Under the pieces are notes generated by a model. It ran no database searches and was not told the DNA's origin. It saw only the letters and a program-made list of their open reading frames with translations. A stretch of 57,947 bases of DNA, taken from assembly GCA_000934665.2 (NCBI GenBank), contig KZ538635.1, positions 1-57,947 on the forward strand. Reading direction: 5' to 3'. The position numbers and the translations under genes were made by a program. The stretch's first letter is position 1. Each line of letters opens with the position of its first letter. Origin of the DNA: Catajapyx aquilonaris. Its lineage: Eukaryota. Of the stretch, positions 1 through 11,700 are shown piece after piece.

Positions 1-1100
1 GGATATGTCGAACGAAGACGATGAATCCGCACCCGTTTTTCTCCTCGCTTTGCCTGAAAAGTGGCGCGAACGCCAGGTACCCGGCCCTCTTAACAAGGAA
101 AATCTTGCATTAGAGTCTAAGAGATTGAGACCTTTCCAGTACTTAAGTTTGGATTGGCTTATTCAGAGCAAGTCATTACATTTACTTGTGATTTTGAATG
201 GAATGAAGAGACCTAAAATATTAAGAAATATGAAAACCACTTCCTTTTTGTCCACTGCACTGGCTTAGTCACAATCTCATCTTGATAATTTAGTGACTAG
301 CTAACGGTATTTCATGATTGTCATATGCACATGCTTTTTACCTGAATGGTTATGGTATCCTTATAGATGCAGCCATGCAGGCTTGATGCATTTGCATTCC
401 AAGCTGGCCCTTTCATACTAACCACCAAAGAACCAGACATAGCAGCAAGTGCCATGAATTATCATGACATTTTTGGCTGGTAAGGCTTTTGGCTTACACA
501 ACATCATAGGGTGGGTGCATAATGTCAGACTCCTCAATTGATAGCCTGCCAGGTGCATCGAGCTATCTCTTGAACATCATATTCCCATAAATGAAGCACA
601 GCCTGGCTAAACATGCTGTTGCCTGCTGAAGAGATGAAAACATAAATGAATATACAGTACTGTAATATCTGTAGATTTGGGATGAAGAAGAGTGCATACA
701 ATTAATATTGAGGTCAGTATATTACTGAGAGGGTGTTCAGGTTACCAGTCCTTTTCGTCAGGGACATTTCATAGGATATGCAGATATTGTGGTCAATTCT
801 CTTGTCAACAATGATAAATTTATCTAAGGTGTTGTGCTGCAGCTTATTATCTGCAAAATTAGCGCTGCTACTCCAAAGACAGAAAAACTTGCAGACATCT
901 ACAAAGATACAATACACATAGTATGTGTATTCATTTACTCTAACCACTATAAAAAGCTGCTTTTGATGATATATCTTACATATCCCACCAGTCTATTGCT
1001 TGTAACACCCAAGCGGTGGAGTAGTTTTGGAATCTCTCCTCTGGATTCTGTTGTCTCCGTGTCAAAAGGAGAGTTCGGAGTGAGTGAGAGGTTTATGTAA

Positions 1101-2012
1101 CTCACAAGGGAAGGTCACGGGGTGATAATGATGGATCTTGATGAAATTGAACATGCTAATACAGGACAATATATGATACCCAAATATGAAATATTTTGTG
1201 CGGAACCCCATATTTGCAAAAGTTATGACGTCTTAAAGTTTCAAAAATAATACATTTTCATACTCCATGGGATTACATTAGCAACCACATATAATGACAT
1301 TGAAGTGTGTAATCAGTTTCTAGACCTTTTCTCAGATGTCGGAAAAAAGTGATACAGAACGGCTCTGGCCGTCCGTCCGTCCGTCTGTGGACAGGTATAA
1401 AGGCCTAAACCGTAAGAGATAGCGACAAACGGTTTTCATATTCGGATTGAGCATGACCAAAATAGGTTTCATGGTCAACTTCTGGTGACCCGCCACTTCC
1501 GGTCTTCCGGGTTCACTCTATCTGCACAAGTCTACTTTACGGGAGGGGTTATCGTTGGATTTCGAAGTTAGTTTCCGTGTATTCCTGACCGTGTTTTTCG
1601 GGGATTTACTCCGGGTTTTACCTGACTCTCTGGCACAGGGGCTGTGGAATTTATTCCTGACGTTGGACATGTTTGCAATGAGTGTCATCGGCCGCCATGA
1701 TGTTATCGCCCAAGCCGATACTGGATTCGATATGTTGCCTAGGTTACGATACATCGATTCACATGCTCCCTGAAAGAATGAGAAAAGGTCTAGAAACTGG
1801 TTACACACTTCAATGTCATTATATGTGATCGCTAATGTAATCCCATGGAGTATGAAAATGTATTACTTTTGGAACTTTAAGACGTCATAACTTTTGCAAA
1901 TATGGGGTTCTGCACGAATTATTTCATTTTTGGGTATCATATGTTGTCCTGTATTAGCATGTTCAATTTCATCAAGATCCGTCATTATCACCCCGTGACC
2001 TTCCCTTGTCAG
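1101..2012. mobile_element. Non-autonomous long-TIR DNA transposon (MULE/foldback-like)
   Basis: About 234-bp inverted repeats at 1101-1334 and 1779-2012 (CTCACAAGGGAAGGTCACG / CGTGACCTTCCCTTGTCAG). Flanking direct repeat tttatgtaa 1092-1100 / tttatctaa 2013-2021 (9 bp, 1 mismatch; extendable to 11 bp if the ends are shifted). Confidence 0.85.
1355..1530 (+). mobile_element. Interspersed repeat with (CCGT)n, DINE-1/HINE (Helentron)-like; copy 1
   Basis: ccgtccgtccgtccgtctgtggacagg...gagatagcgacaaacg...ttcggatt...aaataggttt...caacttc, shared with the copy at about 18787-18948. Confidence 0.55.
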
Positions 2013-3780
2013 TTTATCTAACCCTTATCTTATAGTAGCTAGAATTAAGAAATGACAGCATCAGCACAAGTGAAACACACTATTTTGGTGGTTTTTAGTT
2101 ATTTACACTAGCTTCCAAGCAGCATTTAAATGCTATTATCGCCGGTTGAAGGGCATTTGGTCCTAATGGTTTATCATGGGCCAACAAGCCATGATTTTCT
2201 GCCTTCTATGAGCATGTTTCAAGCAAGTGCAAGGTCAAACCTCTTTGCCTTTGATTAGCTTGAAACTGGTTATTTAGACTTTGCATGTTTCACTTATATG
2301 AGCTGACTACATTATGCAGTGTGTACTGTGTCGTGAGCAGACATTCAGTAATTTGTCAAAATAATGCATTCATGAAATATGATACAGATTTGTAAATATG
2401 CAAGTCACTTCATAAGATCTTACATTTTGAATCTACACACTGAGTAGATGCTGCAGGTAATGACATCACCAAGAGCATTGGTGCACTTTTTTGCGAAACA
2501 CCCTCACCAGGTGTTGCACTTGCAGAGATTGCCACAGAAGTGACAGCCATGATGATCTGCATCCAGCTAATAAAACAAAGCATAGAACAGTCATAATTAT
2601 AAGAATATTTTAATTTCAACAATACTGTAGCAACAACAACCAACCTTACTGGTTCTTTAGGTATGCAATATATCTCTTCTGCCTCTGATGTTGTCAAGGC
2701 TCTGCGGACTTGCTTCATCACATTCTTCTTGCGCTTCTTCCTTCGAATCAAGCCCAACATCTTCACCACAGTCTGAGGATCAGACCGTCTGTAGTACCCC
2801 ATCCCTGCAGTTTATTACTAATTCCTGTAAAAAATTATCTCTATTAATAAAGGAGAAAGTTTGCACATATATTTATTTATCACGCCTACTTAAGCCACTT
2901 CCCGAGAACCGAGAGCGCTGAAATTTCTCATACCCATGTTTTATGCTTCCCTGAGTCCGGGAAAAGTCCCAAAACCGCACTTTTTTGAGCCTAAGGGCCA
3001 AGGGCGGTTTTCAGCAACCTTTGCAATTGCTTGGCAACCTTCGCTGTCAACAACCAAAAGGAAGGATCTTCCTTTCTCACTCAAGTTCGAAAATAATCAA
3101 CATTGCATATTCAACAATGAGAACAATAGAACGGGCAGATTGGCAAGAATAATTGCTGTGCACATAGGGTATTGTAACAATTAACAGTTGGAGTATTTCG
3201 AGGAGTGCCTAGATCAACAATACCGAACAATACGGTACTGTACAGTACATATCGATGGAACCTGCCACAATGCACCAGGAAAAGCAGGAGAGCACGTATA
3301 CGTTCGTGTGTTTGGTCTCAGAAGTGTTGCAGTGATGAATTCATGTTTAGATTGGGTTATCATCAAATATTTCAAATATCGATGCTAAATTTTCAAATGT
3401 AATTTTAAAACCGAGGTTAATGTGAAGTTGCGTAAAATGGAGCGGCATAAAATGGGTACTATCCGCATAGGAAATCTTTCTCGGCGGTTTCACAACCAGC
3501 ACGCTATCATAATTTTCAATAATTGTTAATTCTGATTTTGTTTATGGATCACGATTTCCGTGCTCTGAATATGTGATAGGAGACATGGCAAAAGCATGTA
3601 ATGAACATGGTAATAATTCTTCCCTGGGTTGCAAATAAAAAGCACAAAATCAGACATTTGCGTTTCCTGGAGTTCTGAAATAGGTCACCTGGTTTTGACA
3701 ATGGCCTACTGACTTATTGCAGTATGATTTACTGTGATCTGTACTTAAGAATAGGGCTCCCAAGGCTCCCCATAATGATA

Positions 3781-4338
3781 CAGGTATAGTACCCGTTTGA
3801 CACTGGTAGGCCTAATTGGTTCCCGCAAAACGCGGCGTAAAATGAAAAGGCGTAAAACGAGACAAAATTATAATGGAAGTAAATAAGATAGGTTCCAAGA
3901 TTTCCAAAAATTTCCCTGATGCAGTGCTTAAATGGCGGTTTTAATGCCGACTATTTGAAACATTTATTATGCACATTAAATGGGAGGTTCAAGATTAAGG
4001 GTAATCTGGTTCTGATCTACCTATTTTCCCTTCTTTTGGCAAGAACTACTGCAGTAGACGTAGGGTATTTAACAGACTGGTGGAGACCAACAATACGGTA
4101 CTGTATTTATCCATAGACCCAGCCACAACGACAGACAAAAAATAGCATTATTTTATGGTTGTGTGTTTGGGCTCAAAATTATTGTTGAAGTGATGTGTTT
4201 ATATGTTCAGAGTGTGTTGTTATCGTCATATTTTTCACAATTTTTCAATTTAATTTTTTTAATAATGTCATTTTCAAACAGGCGTTGCTAATGTGAAACG
4301 GCGCGGCGTAAAATGGAGCGGTGTAAAATGGGTACCTG
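3781..4338. mobile_element. Tc1/mariner-pogo-type non-autonomous element
   Basis: TA|CAGGTA..ACCCGTTTGACAC ... GTGTAAAATGGGTACCTG|TA, with internal repeats of gcgtaaaatg. A related degraded copy lies at about 2929-3460. Confidence 0.6.
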
Positions 4339-4441
4339 TATTTGATAATCGGACGGTGTTATGCAATAATGCGTCAACCCACATGGTAACAGTTTTGAGA
4401 AATAGGGTTTTGAAGGTCATACCTGTGAAATTAATTCAGTG

Positions 4442-4742
4442 TTCTTTTCGGTCATTTGTGGCAGAAGTAGCATCTCCAAATTTTGCCACCTTCATTTTAA
4501 CTGTTTTAAAGTAGGATCCTTTAGGTATAATTATGTTCCTGGCCTTGGCTCAATTTTTACGATTTTGTGGGTTGACAAATATTGCATAACACCGTCTAAG
4601 CACACCATTTATGAGTTAACTTTTCGGTCATGTATGGCAGAAGTATGCAGATTTCACCACCTTGATTTTCACTGAATGAAGTACTATCCTTTGGGTATAT
4701 GTTCCTGGCCTTGGCTCAATTTTTACATTTTTGTGGGTTGAC
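4442..4742 (+). repeat. Diverged direct duplication (~120-135 bp units at 4442-4575 and 4621-4742)
   Basis: Shared ttttcggtcat..tggcagaagta and tatgttcctggccttggctcaatttttac..tttgtgggttgac. Confidence 0.8.
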
Positions 4743-4888
4743 CCATTATTTCATCCCTCCACTTTCAATCACTTCTGGGTACGTTGACTGGCACCAATAA
4801 GTTCAACATAATTATGTACCCGACACTACACACGGGTTTGCTGCTATTAATTAATAAATTAATAACATAGTCGACTGTATATTAAAAA

Positions 4889-4999
4889 TCTACGTATGTA
4901 AGGCAAAGTTTCTTTGCTTTTTTGTTTGCGGCCATGGCAACGAGTTTGTTGGTGATTACCATGGAAACAGGCCGTGCGATGAACGGGCTCCGCTGCTAT
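4889..4999 (+). mobile_element. Mini non-autonomous Helitron-like element; copy 1
   Basis: A|TCTAC 5' end, subterminal hairpin gccgtgcgatgaacgggc, ending ctccgctgCTAT. Homologous to 17007-17210. Confidence 0.55.
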
Positions 5000-5531
5000 T
5001 ATACATAAGAACCAAACATTTCTTGTACCGGTACAGTTCATGCTGCAAATGCCTGTATGTGGGGCTGTGCTTTAAGACAGCAAAGTTCATATGACATTTA
5101 TGCAAAGTAACATGACTACTCCAACCTTGACTCCAACGCACACTGACAAATTTCCTCATCATGAAGCGTCGCTCCCACTTATTATTATTCTAACACTACA
5201 CAGAACTGTGATACTTGGCTTCAAATTACTATATGAACTTACACTCTGGCAGCACTCAGGAGTGCATTGCAGTCTGGTTATTACACTAAGCGAAGTTCTC
5301 TTACGGAGCCCTGGCCCTGGCACACCCTCCTTGGAACACGAGAAAACTGATAAGAACATGCAAATCATCCGGAAGTCAGATGTAGCATAGCAACTTAATC
5401 TGATTGCTACATTCATTCTAATAATAGTTACATTGTGATAAGTTGCTTCTATAAAAAATGGCGAATCTCATCATTTCAATAATTATGGTAATAGTTAATT
5501 AAGTAAACCGTAATTAGAACCGCTCATGAAT

Positions 5532-5712
5532 TCACGTGATTTCGAACCTGGCGGGCTTCAGTTGGGTCCACCAGATGGCAGCAGCATCACCCATCCAGAG
5601 TGTATCGACTACTTCCGCCAGGTGGTCAAGAAAAGGCAGACGGACGGACGTGCGAAAAGCGTGTTTGGTGTACTGGACACAGCTGGACACACACAGCTGG
5701 ACACAGCTGGAC
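5532..5712 (+). promoter_or_regulatory. Putative promoter/5'UTR of PAPSS exon 1a
   Basis: TCACGTGA at 5532-5539, CTCF-like CCACCAGATGGCAGCA at 5568-5583, tandem ctggacacag units at 5673-5712, locally GC-richer sequence just 5' of ATG 5736. Confidence 0.45.
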
Positions 5713-5735
5713 CGGTCAGCACTCAGCCGGAGAAG

Positions 5736-5768
5736 ATGTGCGACGCCTCGAAGAAGAAGCAGAGGACG
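5736..5768 (+). CDS. Papss: PAPSS candidate first coding exon 1a ([11 protein letters not shown], basic NLS-like)
   Basis: ATG at 5736, phase-0 donor ACG|gtgaga at 5769, in frame with the 10196 exon. KKKQRT resembles the basic N-terminus of animal PAPSS. Confidence 0.75.
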
Positions 5769-8700
5769 GTGAGAGAGATTGCACAGAATAATCAGGGGTT
5801 CATTTACCCATTGCCAAGATGAGAGGGGGTCGTTCACACGGGACAGGACCTGGTCCAGAACTGGTTCAGTTTACTGTGTAAATGACCCAGTGCTTTGAGA
5901 TAAGTTGGGAGAGAGCAGAAACTCCGAATTTTGTTCATGTTCGTTACGTACCAGCTGTTGCGATGGATGAGAGCTCACGTTATGAGTACCGGTACTGTAT
6001 TTGATGGGATTTAATTCCCACCCCAAAAATTGCCATGGGTCTTCTATACATGAAAAAAATTAATTGTTGGGAGGTCCGCACTACCCAAAAATTGCCTTGT
6101 GGCTTATTATGCGAAAATACGCTCAAAATATTTTCCCTAAATTATATGATCTGCTGAAATAGCGGTGCGTCTTATATGCTTGGGCGTCTTACATGTCGTC
6201 AAATACAGTAATGTGTATCAGTGTTGAGAACAATATTGCTGGAATGATAACGAGGCAAGCGTTAAGGTCCTACCATTAAGATTCGTGTTGAAAGGGTCCA
6301 ACACGGAAACTGTTGCACACTATGTTTAATGTTCAGTAAGAGATGGGATTATCACGGCATATGCTTTGCACTGATGCGGAGATATTACAGGAATTTTTAA
6401 GGACTGTCTTTGTCTTTTTGTGTGTGATAGGACATCACGAGATATTTAGAGCTGGTTCCGTAATGGCTAGAAAATGAAGTATGGGATTCTTTTCATAAAC
6501 TACCAGTTGTGGGCAATGAAGCCTAAAAGAACTTGTGTCAGAGAGAACTGTATGTGTCGGCGTAAGTAAATTGAAGATATCAAATTTACCTACCTATCTA
6601 TTGCGGTATTACAGAGACACCCAATAAAGCTTCCAAAAGCCATATTCACATATGGAAGACTTTGGAATTTGCCAAGTGACTATCTCATCAGAACTGAACG
6701 AAGTAATTCAAGTGGCTGCTTAGAAGCAATTTAATGAGTATCGCTCAAATAATCAAACACAAACTATTACAATGCTTCAGCGTTAATAAATTCGCTGAAT
6801 TATTTACAGCAATATCCGTCCTGTAAGTGGTTTTGACTCATGACCTTGCCTGTACAGTATATATTGATTGATTTTACATATTCCACTGCATTCTTGGGTC
6901 AGGTTTGTTTGAGTTGTAAGGAGCCGAAGCAACTTTATCTGGCTAGCAGAAGATACACAATTGGAACAGATGGAGATATAATTGAAGAGATAATGTAACC
7001 GTTTGCACAGTTTAATCTAGAAGAATGGGCAAGAACATTATTAAATTCAGTAACATTTTTTCTATTTGCAGTGCATTATACTGTAGGGTACTGTAGGGTT
7101 GTTACATGCGGAATTATGACGGTATTTTTTGAAGGCTGGTATGACGCATCGGCACCGCACAACTTGTAGGAAAAGTAACATCTGTTGTGTTTATCATGCC
7201 ATCATTTTCTAATGCAGCAGCTGCATGTGAAGATTGCAAACGTGCCATGTACTATTGGCACAATATTATTGCAGAGGTTTTCCGTGATGATATTGTTCCA
7301 GTAGTACATACTGGATGTGCTGATGCCTTCTCATATCTATAGTTGAAGTACAATGAAGGATCGGACAGGATGACAAATTGGTTCAAAAATAGTGCATTTA
7401 AATAGTGTCAATTAGTTCAAGTTGTGTAAGATTGCAATGAAGCCAGAATAAAATGTCATTAGCAGCTTCGTTCACCTTGAGATAAGTTATGCAAAGCATC
7501 TGTGTGACAGTTATATGACACGGAATTTCCTGTGGATGGTTGCACACTGTTCAACTAGTCCATTATCAGCTTCCGTTAGTACATCACGGCCACACTAAAA
7601 ATGCCTTTCCATAAGTGGACCCCTCATTGTTTTCAGTGCCACGCAACACTTGAGTCTCTGACGCATTCAGCCCCCATCGGCCCATCCAGCTCCTTGTTAA
7701 AATTATCATAACATTCAGGACGCAGATAGCAATTATCAACTTTTCACATATGGTCCGGATGGGAAGTCTATAATAAAATCAGGGAATTGTTCCACCATAT
7801 TCCTACTGATCACCATAGTAAATTACACGTTGCTTAATGCCATCTGCCAATTATTATGATGCGCATTGTTACTCCAGGTCTGCCACATGGCAAGTGCGTA
7901 CGCCACAATATTGCTGATTTTATGATCACATGTAACCGAACAAAGATCAATACAGCTATAAATGCAGACTTCTGCGTACGTGTATCTCAGGCATTTCAAA
8001 GTCGCTGTCATATCGCTATGATGCATTGCGTTAGTTAACGGCTTGATTGCCATATAGCAGAACTTGTTTATTTATTTACTGCTTTGACCCTTACACAATA
8101 CGTTGTTAAATTAATGGCATTTTGCAGTTAAAGTGCCAATATTTGCTAAGAGTGTAATGTCCACGTGTCAATAATAAACAAAAGCCCATGGCAAACACTG
8201 GACCTTTTCATTAGTCTCTGACCTTGTGTCTGCTCCCTAGAAACAAGTCAACACTGGCCCATTCATTACCCTCCCTCAAAAAAAGCAGAACCGGCCACGT
8301 AGTCTAAAATGATGCCCAGATAACGGCATGTCCTAAATATTGTTGTGTAAACAAATCACACTTTTTTAGGCGCGTGGATTTAAAAGAAACCGCCTTTTTG
8401 TAAAGAGGGACAAAAAAAAAAGAAAGCGGACTTTTTTAGGTGGAAAATATGACCTCGGTTTGCGTGACTGAGAGGTCATCCTCGAAGTCCCGTTGCCCCC
8501 CTTTTGGATGGGGTGGATGGGTGGGGATAATGTAGGAAGAGAGTGTGTGTGTGTGTGTGTATATAGAAACCGGTGTATGGAGAGGGGGTAGATCTCATTT
8601 GTATGGGAGAGCTCTGGTTGGGAGGACGTCTCTTTTTTGAGCTAAAGGGAAATTTTTTTTGTGGGATTTGAAGGGACAATTTTCAAAAGGAGAAAATGCC

Positions 8701-11700
8701 AGGGAGACACACTTTGTGGATTAGGAAGCCGCAACAGGTATGGGTTGAGTGAACTACATTTTTAGAAAAGATTTTTGTGCCAATTTTTTGGCAAAGATGC
8801 ACTTTCAGTACCGTAGTGCAAATTGAAATTGTAACAGGTGGCATGATTTTTCTTTTGATATTCCTGATAAATAAAGCGAACGTGCTGGTTATACTGCAAC
8901 ATTAATTGTAGTATTTAAAAAATAATCCTTAATTTTTAGAACATAAACAAGTTATCTTAGAATATGCGTAACATTATAGTGGAATGAAAAATGTCATCTG
9001 GAATAACCGGTAGGATAATGTTAGATAATTCTTGCTGAGTGTTAATGTCTGCAGATACTGTATTATTGCCCTGTGACCTTTCGCTTGCTGGTGTGACTCA
9101 CGATTAAAACTATACTTTTGAGCACTTGCAAAACTTGTAGTGGAGCGGATCTGCTGAAATGGCAAAGTGACATTGGAATTATTCGCTCAAGTACGAGCAT
9201 TTTACAGGCATTATTAACGCGAAGGTCTTAAAATGATGTGTGCCACAGATGGATACATGTGCATAGTACAAGTAGGTTGCTTTTTAATCACGAGCAGCAT
9301 CTCAGGGTTGAAATGATAAGTTGTATCAGCTTTATAAATTGTGTCGTTCACTAGTGACCTACGGACGAAAGGGGGGAAAAAAGGATTTGATATCAAGAAG
9401 ACAAACATTAATAACAATAACAAAAAAGCAGATATAATTTTCCACAGATTTATTTGAAAAAAAAAAAGTAACAGACACAACATAACATATTAAGGAAGGT
9501 TGAGTTTTTCTTTTCAATAATAGGAAGAAAAACTAGGTGAATGCCTTATTCCTTTGTCAATTTTTAGAAAGGCTGGCCACAAGATATTTGGGGGAAGGTA
9601 CTGTTATGTAAAGCAGCATTGAATTTCAGGAAGTTTTGTCATGGTTTCGTTGCTTTGTAACAGGATGGTCAACAGGCTGCCGATACTGTGAAGAGAAATG
9701 CAGGGTGAATGCCTTCAGCGGTTGAAAAAGTTTGCTCATTGTTTGCAAGATGTACGCTGCATAGCCGTTTTGTTTAGCGCTACAAATGGGGACTTCTAAA
9801 AATATTGTGGATCGTGCTGAAACTGTCCGTCAATAGTCAGGGTAACTGAATTGGATGTGTAAACATGACTTGTGTACATGCGAAAGCGGTGAAAGCATGA
9901 GATATGGAGTAGGTCATGTATGAAGCATTGACCTCAATGTATCCTGGATGATGATGGAAAAAAAAATGGCATCTCCTTGATTTTGGGCAGGACAATATAA
10001 AAGTGTGTAACCCTGAATTCCATAAATGCCGCTTGACCTTCGGCTTTTTTTAAACATGTGGCTTCTGTCACTGGCCATTGCAGCCATATGTGCATCAAGT
10101 ATTCATTAGAAGTTATCCGATGTGACGTGGCATATTGATTATGCCACGTGTGCATATTATCAATAATGAAAATGCTCCCATTGATTATTTCACAGGCTCT
10201 GCAGGTGGCAACAAACGTGACAGAGCAGAAGCATCATGTGTCCAGGGACAAGAGAGGACAAATATTGGGACATCTTCGGGGATTCCGAGGATGCACCGCA
10301 TGGTTTACAGGTAATTATGCAAAGAATATCCAGTACCTTTGGTGTGGTAATATTATGATTGCTATGTTACCAAGCATAATTCAAGGAAAGTAAATTGTGA
10401 ATATGTAGTACCGGTACCGGTACTAGGTTTTGGAAAATTAATTGCTGATATTGACTGTACTGATAATTAATACAATATCATGCAATACAGTCAGTCGTAC
10501 TCGTCGTGATATTTCCATTACAATATTTTAGAAATATGGGACACATGACAAGAATTTTTTTACAATGGATATGTCATCGAGTATTCATTGTGACTGGTGC
10601 ATTGGTATCTAACAAGAAACCATCTTTTCCTAGGGCTATCTGGTGCTGGCAAGACTTCGATATCTTTCGAGCTGGAGGCGTTCTTGGTGTCCCAGGGCAT
10701 CCCTGCATATGGCCTGGATGGGGATAACATCCGGACTGGGCTGAACAAAAACCTGGGCTTCAGTAAAGAGGACAGGGAAGAGAACATTCGAAGAGTGGCG
10801 GAGGTGGCCAAGCTCTTTGCCGACAGTGGCGTTGTGGCTCTCTGCAGCTTCGTATCTCCCTTTTCCAAGGATAGGCAAATGGCGCGGGATATACATCAGG
10901 TGTGTTGATGGTTATGTAAAGTACCAGTAAACTCCGGCATGCAGTACACAAAGTAATAAACTTTCATCTAGTGATATTTCAGAATTTTTATTACTCAACA
11001 CATATTTTGATGCTCTATTTGCTTGCAGGAAGACAATCTCCCATTCTTCGAGGTGTTTGTGGACACGCCGCTGGAAGTGTGTGAAGAACGGGATGTTAAA
11101 GGCCTCTACCGGAAGGCTAGGATGGGCAGCATCAAAGGTTTCACTGGAGTTGATCAAGAGTATGAGAAACCAGAGAATCCAGACCTGGTTGTTAAAACTG
11201 TTGGAGCTACTGTAGTGGAGAGTATGAGCCAGGTCATCGAGCTGTTGCAGGAACATGTAAGCATTACTTGTGTTGCTGTTACATTTTGAAGTCAGTAAGA
11301 CAGAAGTCAGTTGATTCGTAAGTACAGGGTAGCATTTAATTGAAGCTGATTTTTGTAGGGCATAATCCCGCCCAGTTTGCGAGAAGCAGATATGGTAAAG
11401 GAGCTATTCGTGTCTGAGAATCGGATGGCCTCGGCAAAGGAGGAGGCTGAATCGCTTCTTTCCCTGGAGATAACCAAGCTGGATCTGCAGTGGGTACAAG
11501 TACTGGCAGAGGGGTGGGCCACCCCATTGCAGGGATTTCTGCGTGAGCGGGAGTTCCTGCAGGTCCAGCACTTCAATTGCCTGCTGGACGGACATCTTAG
11601 CAACCAGTCCATACCCATTGTGCTGCCGGTCAGTACGGAAGACAAGGAAAGGCTGGAGGGCTTCTCCGCCTTCTCCTTGAGATTCGATGGGAGGTGCGTG

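Noticed and set aside
9664..9704. Possible PAPSS cassette exon (taacag|...AGG|gtgaat)
   Set aside because: It is 41 nt and would frameshift between phase-0 neighbours; the donor is weak.
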